59,683 bases of DNA from Acidimicrobiia bacterium (GTDB lineage Bacteria > Actinomycetota > Acidimicrobiia > IMCC26256 > PALSA-555), in contig JBCKKA010000003.1 in the NCBI GenBank assembly GCA_038904515.1, positions 1 to 59,683 on the forward strand, written 5' to 3'. The notes under the pieces are model-generated. The model was given only the letters and a program-made list of their open reading frames with translations. It did not search any database and was not told where the DNA came from. Shown piece after piece: positions 36,750 to 47,863 of this stretch (within the stretch, counting starts at the first letter, position 1; each line of letters begins with the position of its first letter). The position numbers and the translations under genes were made by a program.

Positions 36750-38156
36750 GTGCCGGTGCCGCAAATTTTAGGTGTTCATGCGGCGCGTGATTCAGTCTCA
36801 CTAGAGATGCGCGAGGTTGACACCGGTCGAGTTTTAGTTTCGGGCCGGGCCAAGTTTGCTTCCGATTCTGATAACCACGGTGAGCAAGATCCGACGGTGT
36901 GGTGGCAAGGTTTGCTTGATGCTCGCCATCAAGCGGGTGGCGCGCTGGGAGTTGCGGCAATTTCCGTAGCGGCGCAACAGCGTGGTCTGGTGGCGCTTGA
37001 CTCCGATGGTGCATTAGTCGGTCCCGCGCTAGTGGGCGATCATTTCGATTCGCGTTCGGCTGCTACCGTGTTGTTGAACGAACGGTCACCTGAAGATTGG
37101 GCCACGGCCTGCGGATCGGTTCCGGATTCATCATTTTCGATTTCTAAAGTGGCATCAATTCGAGAAAATCGACCCGATGATTACAATCGCATTGTCGCTT
37201 TACTACAACCTCACGATTGGTTGACTTATCGATTGGGTAGGCGAGCAGTTACCGATCGGGGCGACGCCTCGGCGACGGGTTACTGGTCACCGCGCGAAAA
37301 CCGTTGGCGACCTGATTTGTTAGCCCAGATTGATTCGGAGCGCGACTGGGCGCTTGGGCTACCGCGCGTGTTGGAGTCGGGTGAACCCGCGGGAGACCGT
37401 GAAGGCGTAGTAGTCGCCGCCGGAACCGGCGCGCCCATGGCCGGTGCTCTTGGTCTTTCACTTTCGCCGGGCGATGTGGTCATAGATCTTGGATTAGGCG
37501 CGCAAGTGTTTTCGGTGCGGGAACTTCCGGTAGAAGATCCGACTGGCTCGGTCTTCGGTTTTGCCGATGCTTCAGGCCGGTTCATGCCCTTAGTTCCAAT
37601 AGTGGAAGCCCGATTAATTTTTGACCATACCGCGTCAGTATTGGGTGGCGATCGCGGTCGTTTCGATCAGTTGGCATCAAATTCGCCACCGGGCGCGGCG
37701 GGTTTAGTTTTTGCTCCACCAACTAATCGTTCAGCAATTAACGGTGGCGGGGTGATCGCCGGTCGACTTTTCGGAATTAAAACTGGTATCAGTCCAGAAA
37801 ATGTGGCGCGTGCCGTTATGGAGGGAGTGGCGTGTGCCGCGCTCGACGCGGTCGACACGCTCGGTGCCGCTGATGTTGCTACCCGCGGCAAGTTATTTCT
37901 TATTGGCGGCATCGCCCGCTCTCATGTTTTACAGCAATGCCTCGCCGACTTGTCGGGGCGAGCTATTTATGTGTCCAAGACCGATCCAACCGTTGCGGGG
38001 GCTTGTTTACAGGCGACGGCGGTAACTACCGGCGAAAAAGTTTCGGCCATCGCGGCGGCGTGGGGACTGCCCGATACTCGAATAGTAGAACCGGACCCTC
38101 AATTTGATGCCGAGGAGATTCGCTCCATAAGTCGCGCCGCCCGTACTCGGCGCTAA
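36750..38156 (+). CDS. FGGY-family carbohydrate kinase (xylulokinase-like), divergent N-terminal motif
   Basis: Length and pattern fit the family (EQDPTVWW, AISVAAQQRGLV.LD, GYWSPRE, LIGGIARS). The GTG start at 36750 or 36756 is uncertain. Confidence 0.65.
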   Translation: MPVPQILGVHAARDSVSLEMREVDTGRVLVSGRAKFASDSDNHGEQDPTVWWQGLLDARHQAGGALGVAAISVAAQQRGLVALDSDGALVGPALVGDHFDSRSAATVLLNERSPEDWATACGSVPDSSFSISKVASIRENRPDDYNRIVALLQPHDWLTYRLGRRAVTDRGDASATGYWSPRENRWRPDLLAQIDSERDWALGLPRVLESGEPAGDREGVVVAAGTGAPMAGALGLSLSPGDVVIDLGLGAQVFSVRELPVEDPTGSVFGFADASGRFMPLVPIVEARLIFDHTASVLGGDRGRFDQLASNSPPGAAGLVFAPPTNRSAINGGGVIAGRLFGIKTGISPENVARAVMEGVACAALDAVDTLGAADVATRGKLFLIGGIARSHVLQQCLADLSGRAIYVSKTDPTVAGACLQATAVTTGEKVSAIAAAWGLPDTRIVEPDPQFDAEEIRSISRAARTRR

Positions 38157-38216
38157 ATAATTCAGTAAATACGGGCTACTAATTATTGGGGAAGCTTTAA
38201 CCGCTAGCGTTAGAGG

Positions 38217-39638
38217 GTGACCAATCTCAGCGACGCGCGCGATCTCCAGCCCGAAATTGTCGATTCCCCGCTCGATTTAATCGGCAACACTCCGTTAGTG
38301 CGCTTGCGCCGAGTGGGAGCCGAACTCAATTGCGATTTGGTGGCCAAGGTTGAAATGTTTAATCCGGGTGGAAGTGTTAAAGACCGACCGGCGGTAGCCA
38401 TGATTGACGCGGCGGAAGCTGCGGGACAACTAGTTCCGGGCGGAACCATCGTTGAGCCCACTTCGGGTAATACCGGAGTAGGACTAGCCATTGTTGCCGC
38501 CCAGCGTGGGTATAAGTGTGTTTTTGTGATGTCCGACAAGATGAGCGACGAAAAAATTTCGTTACTGCGCGCTTACGGCGCCGAAGTTGTTGTTTGTCCG
38601 ACTGCGGTTCCACCTGATCACCCCGACTCTTATTACTCGGTTGCTGATCGACTTACCGAAGAAATTCCTAATGCGTATCGGCCAAACCAATATTTCAATC
38701 CGGTTAATCCCGACGAGCACGAGCGTTCGACTGGTCCCGAAATTTGGCGGCAGACGGCAGGGAAAATAACCCACTTCGTCGCCGGCGTAGGAACGGGTGG
38801 CACGATCACCGGAGTCGCACGGGTACTTAAAAAAATGAATCCTGAGATAAAAGTGATTGCTGCCGATCCGGAAGGTTCGGTATTTTCTGGGGGAAGTGGT
38901 CGGCCGTATTTAGTCGAAGGCGTAGGCGAAGATTTCTGGCCCCCGACTTACGATATGAGTTTGGTTGATCAAACAATCATGGTTAGCGACGCCGACTCCT
39001 TCGCCGCCGCCCGACGAGTTACCCGCGAAGAAGGTTTGCTTATAGGAGGATCGTGCGGCACCGCGGTACACGCCGCGTTGATAGCTGGTGCCGATCTTGG
39101 CCCTGAACATCTCATGGTGGTTTTATTACCCGACTCTGGTCGGGGCTATTTGTCAAAGATTTATAACGACGACTGGATGACTCGCTACGGATTTTTGATT
39201 TCGGACGGGCCGACCGCCGGTGACGTGTTGGGAGCTAAGCGTTCGGCCGCAGTTGACAACGCTATTCCCGAGTTAGTTTTGATTTCTCCCGACGAACCGG
39301 CTCGTCGGGGATTTGCACTCATGCGTGATCTCGGCGTTTCGCAATTGATCGTGAGTGTTAGCAAAGAACTTCCGTTAGCAGCCAAAGAAGTAAGCGGGAC
39401 TCTTTCCGAACTCGAATTAATGGACAAAGCATTTCGCAATCCGGCTGTGCTTGATAATCCAGTTGGCGATTTGATGGAACCGGCAATGCCTATGGTGGGG
39501 ATTGGAGAAACTGTTAGCGCTGTCGTTGATCGCCTCGATACCGCTAATTCAGTTTTGGTGCTCGAAGGTGGCCATCCCATCGGCGTTTTGACCCGTCAAG
39601 ATGTTTTGAGTTTCTTGGCTGCTCGGTCACCAGGTTAA
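38217..39638 (+). CDS. cbs: cystathionine beta-synthase (PLP domain plus C-terminal CBS pair)
   Basis: Motifs seen: LIGNTPLVRL, FNPGGSVKDR (PLP Lys), PTSGNTGVGLA and GVGTGGTITG. The C-terminal 130 aa show a CBS-pair pattern. It is followed by metB, as in the mycobacterial cbs-metB arrangement. Confidence 0.85.
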   Translation: MTNLSDARDLQPEIVDSPLDLIGNTPLVRLRRVGAELNCDLVAKVEMFNPGGSVKDRPAVAMIDAAEAAGQLVPGGTIVEPTSGNTGVGLAIVAAQRGYKCVFVMSDKMSDEKISLLRAYGAEVVVCPTAVPPDHPDSYYSVADRLTEEIPNAYRPNQYFNPVNPDEHERSTGPEIWRQTAGKITHFVAGVGTGGTITGVARVLKKMNPEIKVIAADPEGSVFSGGSGRPYLVEGVGEDFWPPTYDMSLVDQTIMVSDADSFAAARRVTREEGLLIGGSCGTAVHAALIAGADLGPEHLMVVLLPDSGRGYLSKIYNDDWMTRYGFLISDGPTAGDVLGAKRSAAVDNAIPELVLISPDEPARRGFALMRDLGVSQLIVSVSKELPLAAKEVSGTLSELELMDKAFRNPAVLDNPVGDLMEPAMPMVGIGETVSAVVDRLDTANSVLVLEGGHPIGVLTRQDVLSFLAARSPG

Positions 39639-39664
39639 AAGTCACCAGGTTAAAAAAGATTTTT

Positions 39665-40843
39665 ATGAGCGATGATAAAAAAAAGCAAGTGATTCAAGGC
39701 GGTCAGGGTTTCGAAACTCGCGCCGTTCATGCTGGGCAAGAGCCCGACCCCGTAACTGGCGCGGTTATCCCGCCGATCACCCTTTCTACAACTTTTGCTC
39801 AAGATGAGGTGGGCAAACACGGTGGATTTGAATACGGCCGCAGCGGCAACCCCACTCGGCGCGCACTCGAAATCTGCGGGGCGTCACTCGAAGGAGCTGA
39901 GTTTGGCTCCGCTTTCGCGAGTGGATTAGCGGCCGAAGACGCAGTGTTGCGAGGCTTACTCAATGCCGGGGATCATTTAATAATTCCCAATGATGCCTAC
40001 GGGGGAACATTTCGATTGGTGTCGCAAGTATTGGCGGCCGCGGGTGTGGAGTGGAACGCCGTCGATTTAACCGACGCTGCTGCACTCAAAGCCGCGTGCC
40101 GCCCCAACACCAAGGCTATTTGGGTAGAAACTCCGACTAATCCGATGCTGACGATTATTGATATTGCCGCGGTAGCAAAGTTTGCGCACGAGAATAACGC
40201 GCACTTGATTGTTGATAACACATTCGCTACTCCGTACTTACAAACCCCATTGGCTTTGGGTGCCGATGTCGTGGTTCATTCCAGTACTAAGTATTTGGGC
40301 GGCCATTCCGACGTAGTCGGCGGTTTTGTCGCCACTAACGATCCGTCTTTACACGAGAAGTTCGCGTTTTTACAAAATGCAGTGGGTGCAGTGCCGTCGC
40401 CCTTTGATTGCTATCTAATTCTACGAGGAATAAAAACATTAGGCGTACGCATGGACCGACACTGCCTCAATGCTCGTGCGATTTCCGAAATGCTTGACTC
40501 GCACGCAGCAGTGGATCGAGTCATGTGGCCAGGTTTGATTAGTCACCCCGGGCATAAAGTTGCTGCCCAACAGATGCGCGATTTTGGAGGAATGGTTAGT
40601 TTTACGACTGTGGGCGGCGAAGATGCTGCCCTTGCGGTAGCCGCGGCGACGGAATTATTTACGCTGGCTGAATCACTCGGCGCAGTAGAAAGTTTGATTG
40701 AGCATCCTGCGCGTATGACTCACGCCACTACCACCGATTCTCCGCTAGCCGTCGATCCGGCTTTGATTCGTTTGTCGGTCGGAATAGAAACCACTGCCGA
40801 TTTGGTCGAAGATTTGCGCACCGCACTCGACTTAGCGGGCTAA
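39665..40843 (+). CDS. metB: cystathionine gamma-lyase/synthase (Cys/Met-metabolism PLP enzyme)
   Basis: Motifs seen: HSSTKYLGGHSDVVGG (PLP Lys), YGRSGNPT and AESLGAVESLIEHPA. Confidence 0.9.
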   Translation: MSDDKKKQVIQGGQGFETRAVHAGQEPDPVTGAVIPPITLSTTFAQDEVGKHGGFEYGRSGNPTRRALEICGASLEGAEFGSAFASGLAAEDAVLRGLLNAGDHLIIPNDAYGGTFRLVSQVLAAAGVEWNAVDLTDAAALKAACRPNTKAIWVETPTNPMLTIIDIAAVAKFAHENNAHLIVDNTFATPYLQTPLALGADVVVHSSTKYLGGHSDVVGGFVATNDPSLHEKFAFLQNAVGAVPSPFDCYLILRGIKTLGVRMDRHCLNARAISEMLDSHAAVDRVMWPGLISHPGHKVAAQQMRDFGGMVSFTTVGGEDAALAVAAATELFTLAESLGAVESLIEHPARMTHATTTDSPLAVDPALIRLSVGIETTADLVEDLRTALDLAG

Positions 40844-40865
40844 CTGATCGCGATTAGACCGACAA

Positions 40866-41627
40866 TCAAGTCTGGCTGGCTAAGCGGCGTTGCTTGAACT
40901 GCGCTTTTATGTAGTCGCGGTTCATCATGGCGATAAAGTCGAGTGAAATCTCTTTCGGGCATGCGGCCGAGCACTCGCCGTGGTTAGTACACGATCCGAA
41001 CCATCGTTCCATTTCGTTAACCATGGCGACAGTGCGGCCGTAGCGTTCGGGCTGGCCTTGAGGCAATAAGTTGAGGTGCTGAAGTTTGGCGGCAGTAAAG
41101 AGTTGCGCGGCGCTGTTGGGGCACGCAGCCACGCATGCTCCACAACCAATACAAGCGGCCGCGTCCATAGCGCTGTCCGAAACTTCTTTGGGCACCAAGA
41201 TCAAATTGGCGTCGGGCGCGGTTCCGGTGGGCGCGGTGATGTAACCACCAGATTCAATAATGCGGTCGAAGGCCGAGCGGTCGACGCACAGATCACGAAT
41301 TATCGGAAAGGCGGCGGCTCGCCACGGCTCAACGGTGATATGCGCCCCGTCAGCAAACTTGCGCATGTACAACTGGCAGGTAGCAGTACCGGATTCGGGG
41401 CCGTGGGCGCGTCCGTTTATCATCATGGCGCACGATCCACAGATTCCTTCGCGACAATCGTGATCAAAAGCGATCGGCTCTTCATTTTTGTCGAGAAGAT
41501 CTTCGTTGAGTACATCAATCAATTCGAGGAAAGACATATCGGGGCTGGCGTTAGGTACTTCGTAATCGCGAAATTCTCCGGGCGTGTCGGGTCCGCTTTG
41601 GCGCCAAATTTTAAGACTGATCTTCAC
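40866..41627 (-). CDS. sdhB: succinate dehydrogenase/fumarate reductase iron-sulfur subunit
   Basis: Three Cys clusters are present: [23 protein letters not shown] and [12 protein letters not shown]. Confidence 0.9.
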   Translation of the reverse strand: MKISLKIWRQSGPDTPGEFRDYEVPNASPDMSFLELIDVLNEDLLDKNEEPIAFDHDCREGICGSCAMMINGRAHGPESGTATCQLYMRKFADGAHITVEPWRAAAFPIIRDLCVDRSAFDRIIESGGYITAPTGTAPDANLILVPKEVSDSAMDAAACIGCGACVAACPNSAAQLFTAAKLQHLNLLPQGQPERYGRTVAMVNEMERWFGSCTNHGECSAACPKEISLDFIAMMNRDYIKAQFKQRRLASQT

Positions 41628-41649
41628 TTTTCTCCGACCTATTTTCGGG

Positions 41650-43575
41650 CTACTTGTATGACCGCTGGGTGAATGCTACGGATGCGAAGTCGAGTTTTTC
41701 GGTGTGGAGAACCGGATTAGCGGTATCTCCGGTGTATTCGTAAGCCGAAACGTGGGCGAAATCATCATCGTTACGCAAAGCTTCACCATCTTCGGTTTGA
41801 TGCTCGGTACGGAAGTGACCGCCACAACTTTCTTCACGGTCAAGTGCATCTCGACACATCAATTCGCCAAATTCAAGGAAGTCAGCTACGCGTCCGGCTT
41901 TTTCTAGCGACTGGTTAATGGTTTCGTTATGGCCAAGAATTTTTACATCTTTATGGAATTCATCTCTCAGAGCGGGAATTTCGGCCAGTGCTTTTTCGAG
42001 AGTTTCTCGACTACGGGCCATACCGCAATTGTCCCACACGATTTTTCCAAGTTCGCGATGAAACCAATCAACCGATCGACTGCCTCGAATCGACAACATT
42101 GCTTCCACTCGTTCGTTGACTTGAGCTTCGGCTTCGGCGAAGACCGGTTCGTCAGTTTTCAGGGCGGAGTTGCCCAACTGGGGGGCTAGATAGTCGCCGA
42201 TAGTGGCGGGCAATACGAAGTACCCGTCGGCTAGTCCTTGCATCAAAGCACTGGCACCAAGACGATTGGCCCCGTGGTCCGAGAAGTTGGCTTCACCGAG
42301 AACGTAGAGGCCAGGGATATTACTCATTAAGTTGTAATCCACCCATAATCCGCCCATGGCGTAATGAACGGCAGGATAAATGCGCATTGGATTTTTATAC
42401 GGATCTTCTCCCGTGATGCGTTCGTACATTTGAAAAAGGTTTCCGTAGCGTTCGGCGATAGTTTCTTGTCCGAGGCGCGCGGCTGCTTCCGCGAAGTCAA
42501 GGTAGACACCATTTTTTAGCGGTCCGACGCCGCGTCCGCTATCAACTTCACGCTTAGATGCCCGTGAAGCGACATCGCGCGGGACAAGGTTTCCGAAAGC
42601 GGGGTAGCGCCGCTCTAGGTAGTAGTCGCGTTCCGCTTCGGGGATATCGGCCGCCGATCGTGGGTCATCAAATTCATTTGGCACCCAGATGCGGCCGTCG
42701 TTGCGCAGAGATTCGCTCATAAGGGTGAGTTTGGATTGGAATTCGTCGCCGGCAGGAATACAGGTGGGGTGAATTTGAGTGAAGCAAGGGTTGGCAAATA
42801 GCGCGCCCTTGCGGTGGGCCCGCCAAGTCGCCGAAGCATTGGAGTTCATCGCGTTGGTAGAAAGATAGAAAACATTGCTGTAGCCGCCAGTGGCGAGCAC
42901 GACTGCGTGACCGGAGAAAGATTGCACTGCTCCGGTTATTAGATTGCGGGCGACTACACCTACCGCTCGTCCTTCGTGAGTAACGAGATCAAGCATTTCG
43001 GTGCGGTGGTGGAGCTCAACATTGCCGAGATGAATCTGGTGGGCTAAGGCTTGGTAGGCGCCTAGAAGAAGTTGCTGGCCGGTCTGGCCTCGTGCGTAGA
43101 AAGTACGCGATACCTGAGCGCCACCGAAACTCCGATTATCGAGTAGCCCACCGTATTCGCGAGCGAACGGCACCCCTTGCGCTACGCATTGGTCAATGAT
43201 ATTTACGCTTACCTCGGCCAGACGGTGCACATTGGCTTCACGGGAGCGGTAGTCGCCACCTTTAATCGTGTCGTAGAAAAGCCGGTGAACGCTGTCGCCG
43301 TCGTTGCGATAATTCTTGGCGGCATTGATTCCGCCTTGAGCGGCGATGCTGTGCGCTCGGCGGGGTGAATCATGGTAGGTAAGCATCTGAACGTGGTAAC
43401 CCATTTCGCCCAACGAAGCGGCGGCCGATGCACCCGCTAATCCGCTACCGACTACTACCACCGAGAATTTGCGGCGGTTAGATGGACTTACCAACTTCAC
43501 ATTAAATTTATGATTAGTCCACTTGTCTTCCAGCGACCCCTCAGGGATTTTGGCATCAAGCATTATTTGGCTCAC
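41650..43575 (-). CDS. sdhA: succinate dehydrogenase/fumarate reductase flavoprotein subunit
   Basis: Motifs seen: [13 protein letters not shown] (FAD), [14 protein letters not shown] (covalent-FAD His) and HYAMGG. The protein is 641 aa. Confidence 0.9.
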   Translation of the reverse strand: MSQIMLDAKIPEGSLEDKWTNHKFNVKLVSPSNRRKFSVVVVGSGLAGASAAASLGEMGYHVQMLTYHDSPRRAHSIAAQGGINAAKNYRNDGDSVHRLFYDTIKGGDYRSREANVHRLAEVSVNIIDQCVAQGVPFAREYGGLLDNRSFGGAQVSRTFYARGQTGQQLLLGAYQALAHQIHLGNVELHHRTEMLDLVTHEGRAVGVVARNLITGAVQSFSGHAVVLATGGYSNVFYLSTNAMNSNASATWRAHRKGALFANPCFTQIHPTCIPAGDEFQSKLTLMSESLRNDGRIWVPNEFDDPRSAADIPEAERDYYLERRYPAFGNLVPRDVASRASKREVDSGRGVGPLKNGVYLDFAEAAARLGQETIAERYGNLFQMYERITGEDPYKNPMRIYPAVHYAMGGLWVDYNLMSNIPGLYVLGEANFSDHGANRLGASALMQGLADGYFVLPATIGDYLAPQLGNSALKTDEPVFAEAEAQVNERVEAMLSIRGSRSVDWFHRELGKIVWDNCGMARSRETLEKALAEIPALRDEFHKDVKILGHNETINQSLEKAGRVADFLEFGELMCRDALDREESCGGHFRTEHQTEDGEALRNDDDFAHVSAYEYTGDTANPVLHTEKLDFASVAFTQRSYK

Positions 43576-44366
43576 GGATAAATCCTTGTCACCACTAGTA
43601 GAGGCATCATTACATTACCGAGCAAGATAATTCCCGCTATCCCAATCGCTCCGCCCTGACGTAGCGCGGCGAAGCGAGGATTACTCCAACCGAGACTTTG
43701 AAATAGTGAAGAAAAACCGTGAAAAATATGAAAGGCCAAAGCCATATTGGCCACGATGTAAATAATGGCAACCGGCCAACGCTGAAAACTAGTGATGATG
43801 TTGTCGTAGACCTCGCCGCTGCGCCAGGCCGAGTTGCCTACTCCCCAAGTGAGATCGAGCAGGTGGTAAATAACGAACAGGAAAACAATGATTCCGGTCC
43901 ACCGCATGGTGCGCGACGCGAAGTTGGCGGCGGCGTAGTCGCGACGCGACTGGTAGCGCACAGGGCGGGCTTTGTGATTTGTAATTGTGAGACTGGCGGC
44001 CGCAGCAATGTGAATCACGACTGCGGTGAGCAGACCAATGCGCATTGCCCATAGAAAAACGCCATCAGGGAGTACGGGGTGACCAATCGTACGCAACCAC
44101 TCGGTGTATTCGTTGATATCAGATTTCCCGAGAAACAGTTTTAGGTTTCCGGTCATGTGCACGAATACGAAACCGATTAAGGCCAGACCGGTTAACGCCA
44201 TTAACCATTTCTTGGCAATATCCGAGCGCCAGAACGCGAGGGGCCAGAATCCGTCAGTACGCGCGGGCGGAGGTACTGGTGCACCGGTGTAATGGCTTAA
44301 CCTTTCGGCCGCGTCAGCCCCTTCGTGCTGGTCTTCGGTGGAGACCTCTTGGACGATCTTGGTCAT
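43572..44366 (-). CDS. sdhC: succinate dehydrogenase cytochrome b subunit (single large b558-type anchor)
   Basis: It has 5 hydrophobic helices with conserved His residues (FVHMTGN, VIHIAAA, VIYHLLD, AFHIFHG). It overlaps the sdhA start (ATGA-type coupling). The ATG at 44364-44366 follows GAAAGG. Confidence 0.7.
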   Translation of the reverse strand: MTKIVQEVSTEDQHEGADAAERLSHYTGAPVPPPARTDGFWPLAFWRSDIAKKWLMALTGLALIGFVFVHMTGNLKLFLGKSDINEYTEWLRTIGHPVLPDGVFLWAMRIGLLTAVVIHIAAAASLTITNHKARPVRYQSRRDYAAANFASRTMRWTGIIVFLFVIYHLLDLTWGVGNSAWRSGEVYDNIITSFQRWPVAIIYIVANMALAFHIFHGFSSLFQSLGWSNPRFAALRQGGAIGIAGIILLGNVMMPLLVVTRIYP

Positions 44367-44396
44367 CTTGCCTTTCAAGCTTTGAATAATTAAACG

Positions 44397-46736
44397 CTAC
44401 CGTCGCGCTAGCTCAGATTCAGGATTCGACGCAGGAATCGGCATAGAAATCGGTGTAGACACCGGCGAAGTTAGCGTCAATTGGGCGATTATCGCTGCCC
44501 CCAGAACTCCGAGCATCATGCCGGGCACGATAACGCCCGAGTCGTTGAAGCCGTAACCCAGAATCGCCAGCACAGTGAATCCGATGAATGATGCTCGCAG
44601 CTCAGGGGTGCGAGCGATGATGGTTCGCAACTGGGGTCGAGCCGCCATAGCGAGATAAGCCAAGAAACCTAAAACGAGGGGCAGCATCCACACCCAGGCC
44701 GAACCCGTAAAGGTCGATAGGTTTTTATCAAGCTTCCTCACGACAACATCAGCGAATGATCCTAAACCCTTATTTTGTATTCGCTCGACTAGTTGTCCAA
44801 GATGAGTTCGTTCACCGGTTGGTTGCGATAAGTCGATAGCGGTCATTACTGCCACCGCGCTAATTGTGGCGGCGACACCAATCAAAACTGTGCGGAGTTG
44901 AAAGTGAACCCTACCTCCAAGAAGCAAGATCGCGGTAAGTCCAAAAGCCGGCACCATCGCGATAATTCCACCAACGTCACTCCCGAACATCGGTGCAACA
45001 TCAATTATCAACACGCCCAAAAGAATTAACCAAGCGATTATCACGGCGCGCGATAATTTCTTTTTTCCGTCATCAAATCGGTTAACAAAAAACCCGACGA
45101 ACAGAATCGTTGCGGCACTGATGGCAGAGAATCCGATGTTGCCAATTCCTGCGAATCGCGCCCCAACGGTCGGGGAATAGCCGAAGGCATTATTAAACTG
45201 GAGGTTTCCGCCCGTGATGATATCAATCCCAATTACCAAAATTATCAATCCCAAAGCGATCAGCATGTCATCGTTTTTGTGTCGCTGGCCCGCAACCATG
45301 GAGATGGCGCCGATAGCAGCTGACACGATAACGGCGAAGACCCAGTACCAGAATTTTGTAGTTTGATGGAACGTAAGCAACCTAGTCAGGTATATAGCAG
45401 TTATAAATCCCAGAGTGAATAGTGAGCCGAATCGTAAAGCCTCTCGTAGCCGACCGGAGTTGGGCCGGTTTAAGAAAACGATTGTCCCCACTATTAAAAG
45501 ACCGAGGAGAATCATAAAGATAATCGCCACCGGTGTAATCATGGAGTCTCGAAATTGTGAAGCCAAGTCGCTATCGATAAGAAACTCGCGTCGGGCGCTG
45601 GCGCCCATATCAGTATGAGCAACGGTAAACGGTTTCCCGTTCATGGCGTCGGGGATTTTTATTCCGAGTTGGTCGAGAACGGTAGGAGCGATATCGACGA
45701 GTTGAACGAACCCCGCCCGCCGTGTGGTCGCCGATTTAAGTAGCCCGGGCTTAATGCCATTACCCACAAGCCCGGCAACACCGAGGGGCACGGTCGTGCT
45801 GGGTGACGATGGTGATAGCACGATAATCGTGTCGCGCTTTAGGTCAACTTTGTTGAGCATCTGAGCGATCATGGCGTCGGTGTTCCGTAGCGCCTGACGG
45901 GTGATAGCTAAATTTTGTTCAGGACTGATCACGCTGCGGTAGGCATTAACACGAGCCAAGTCGGACCCTTCAACGAGCACTACTGATCGCGGTTGCCATG
46001 CCACGGTAAAGGCGTCGACTGCGGCGCGGATATTTAGTTGTAATCCAAACGGAGCCCGCGCATTTGTTTCGAGCAGGTTACTGCCAACTTCACCACCGGT
46101 TAGTTGTCCTTGGTGGTCCATGAGCGCGGTAACCAATGAACGCTCGTACTGGGGCACCGCTACTCCTGTTGGAGTTTGGTCGCCATTCCCAATAACCGCC
46201 GCTTTGTATCCTGCGTTTTTCAAAGCGTCACCCAGTGCGCCGATTTTGGCGTCGTAGGTCTCGTCTGCTTGGGCAGCATTTGCTGCCCCGATGTCTAAGT
46301 AAACAATTGGTTCAGTAGCGGTGCGGCCGGTGCGTTGACGATAGACATCGCCGGCGCGGCCGGTGCCAAATTTTTCGCTAACTTCCATTCCTGCACCTTT
46401 ACTAGCGAGGAGAATCGGAGTGATTCCGGAACCAACCGCTTTAGTTCCGGCACCAATCGTGAGATAACCCTCAGTGAGGGCGGTCGCGCGGGCGATGGTT
46501 CGGGTAGTTAGACCACCTACTGCTCCTTGGTTGAGGATTTTCCGCAACGTGGGAGCGTCGTGACTGGTTAGGTCACTCCAAGTGATTCCAGGAAGCGAAA
46601 TAATTAGTACTCGTCCGTCGCCTGCCGGCGACTCAGATTTTGACTTAACGGTGCTAGCACTGGCAACGATTGGGTTGATGATTGCCAGCATGACCGCCAC
46701 GGCACCGAAAACACCAGCAAAGCGCGCTTTTGTCAT
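44397..46736 (-). CDS. large envelope protein: signal sequence, about 370-aa exo-domain (possibly alkaline-phosphatase-superfamily-like) and about 11 TM helices
   Basis: VLIISLPGITWSDL near the N-terminus and VDIAPTVLDQLGIKIPDAMNGKPF at the end of the soluble domain resemble sulfatase/phosphodiesterase-fold landmarks. The usual metal-binding Asp is not obvious. The start overlaps the GT4 stop (ATGA). Confidence 0.45.
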   Translation of the reverse strand: MTKARFAGVFGAVAVMLAIINPIVASASTVKSKSESPAGDGRVLIISLPGITWSDLTSHDAPTLRKILNQGAVGGLTTRTIARATALTEGYLTIGAGTKAVGSGITPILLASKGAGMEVSEKFGTGRAGDVYRQRTGRTATEPIVYLDIGAANAAQADETYDAKIGALGDALKNAGYKAAVIGNGDQTPTGVAVPQYERSLVTALMDHQGQLTGGEVGSNLLETNARAPFGLQLNIRAAVDAFTVAWQPRSVVLVEGSDLARVNAYRSVISPEQNLAITRQALRNTDAMIAQMLNKVDLKRDTIIVLSPSSPSTTVPLGVAGLVGNGIKPGLLKSATTRRAGFVQLVDIAPTVLDQLGIKIPDAMNGKPFTVAHTDMGASARREFLIDSDLASQFRDSMITPVAIIFMILLGLLIVGTIVFLNRPNSGRLREALRFGSLFTLGFITAIYLTRLLTFHQTTKFWYWVFAVIVSAAIGAISMVAGQRHKNDDMLIALGLIILVIGIDIITGGNLQFNNAFGYSPTVGARFAGIGNIGFSAISAATILFVGFFVNRFDDGKKKLSRAVIIAWLILLGVLIIDVAPMFGSDVGGIIAMVPAFGLTAILLLGGRVHFQLRTVLIGVAATISAVAVMTAIDLSQPTGERTHLGQLVERIQNKGLGSFADVVVRKLDKNLSTFTGSAWVWMLPLVLGFLAYLAMAARPQLRTIIARTPELRASFIGFTVLAILGYGFNDSGVIVPGMMLGVLGAAIIAQLTLTSPVSTPISMPIPASNPESELARR

Positions 46737-47857
46737 CCGATAAGAATACGTTCGGTTGCTTCGGCCGCCTGGTCCCAGTCGAAAGCGCCCGATTCAATAA
46801 CCAATTTTTGACCCGCCTTGCCCATGCTTTGTGCCTCTTTTGGTCGCGCGATCATTTGCGCCAGAGCATCAGCCAGAGCATCAGTTTCTCCTGATGCGGT
46901 CAATACCCCCATTCCGTTTAACAGTTCGCGGTGCGCAACGATGTCGCTTGCCACTACGGGGATCCCTACGCTTATGGCTTCGAGCATGGCGAGCGGCTGT
47001 CCTTCATGAAATGAGGGCGAACAAAATATGCTTGCGTTACGAAAAAGCGCGGCTAGCGTTTCGCCGGTTTGTACTCCGACCATCCGAATATTCGACCCAG
47101 GAATACTGGCTCGTTCTTGTAGCGACATTACGTAGTCGTCATTACTGCCACGAGCGGAACCAACAACAACCAGTTGGTAATCGCCGTCACGCGCGCTCGC
47201 GCGCAATTGGTCAAAGGCGTCAAAGGCGAGGTGAATTCCTTTTTCAGGAACAATGCGGCCGACGGTAAGAATGTATTTGTTAGGAATAACTTTCAGTTCG
47301 TCTAACGGTCCCGATCCCGCCTCCGCCAACGGAGTTATTCCGTTAGCGATGTAATGGATTGGCGCCGCTTTGGGAAAACGTTTCTCGCCTGATTCAGTCA
47401 AGTTTTTAGAAACCGCGATTAAAGCATCAGCCGCGCTCATGGTTATGCGTTCGTTAGTGCGCAGCATGGCGCGTGCCACGCGACCCCATTTCTCGTCTTG
47501 CCACTCCAAACGGTGGATGGTGGCGACTACTCGCCGTCGGCGTTTTGGGTGGAACAAGTGAGGAAAGAACGAAAACCCTGATGACGCGAAAGAGTGATAA
47601 TGAACGACATCGAACTCGCCGCGCGCCGCGGCCAGTGAAGCGGTGAAGCCGTAACTGAGCCGATCCCATCGACTTTTGTGAATCATTTTGACTTGTCGCA
47701 GTCGCACGCCGCGAAACTCTTTGGTCTCAGCGTTGCCGCACAGAATAGTGACTTCGTGACCTCGCGCGGCAATGCGGGAATAAATCTCAATGCAATGGCG
47801 CGACATTCCGCCTTGCCCGCTGGGCATAGTCAGCGGCCCAATTACGGCAATCTTCAT
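46733..47857 (-). CDS. GT4-family (GT-B fold) glycosyltransferase
   Basis: The C-terminal EX7E region is SPSFHEGQPLAMLEAISVGIPVVASD. The N-terminal region GGMSRH is also present. Confidence 0.85.
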   Translation of the reverse strand: MKIAVIGPLTMPSGQGGMSRHCIEIYSRIAARGHEVTILCGNAETKEFRGVRLRQVKMIHKSRWDRLSYGFTASLAAARGEFDVVHYHSFASSGFSFFPHLFHPKRRRRVVATIHRLEWQDEKWGRVARAMLRTNERITMSAADALIAVSKNLTESGEKRFPKAAPIHYIANGITPLAEAGSGPLDELKVIPNKYILTVGRIVPEKGIHLAFDAFDQLRASARDGDYQLVVVGSARGSNDDYVMSLQERASIPGSNIRMVGVQTGETLAALFRNASIFCSPSFHEGQPLAMLEAISVGIPVVASDIVAHRELLNGMGVLTASGETDALADALAQMIARPKEAQSMGKAGQKLVIESGAFDWDQAAEATERILIG

Positions 47858-47863
47858 ACCTAC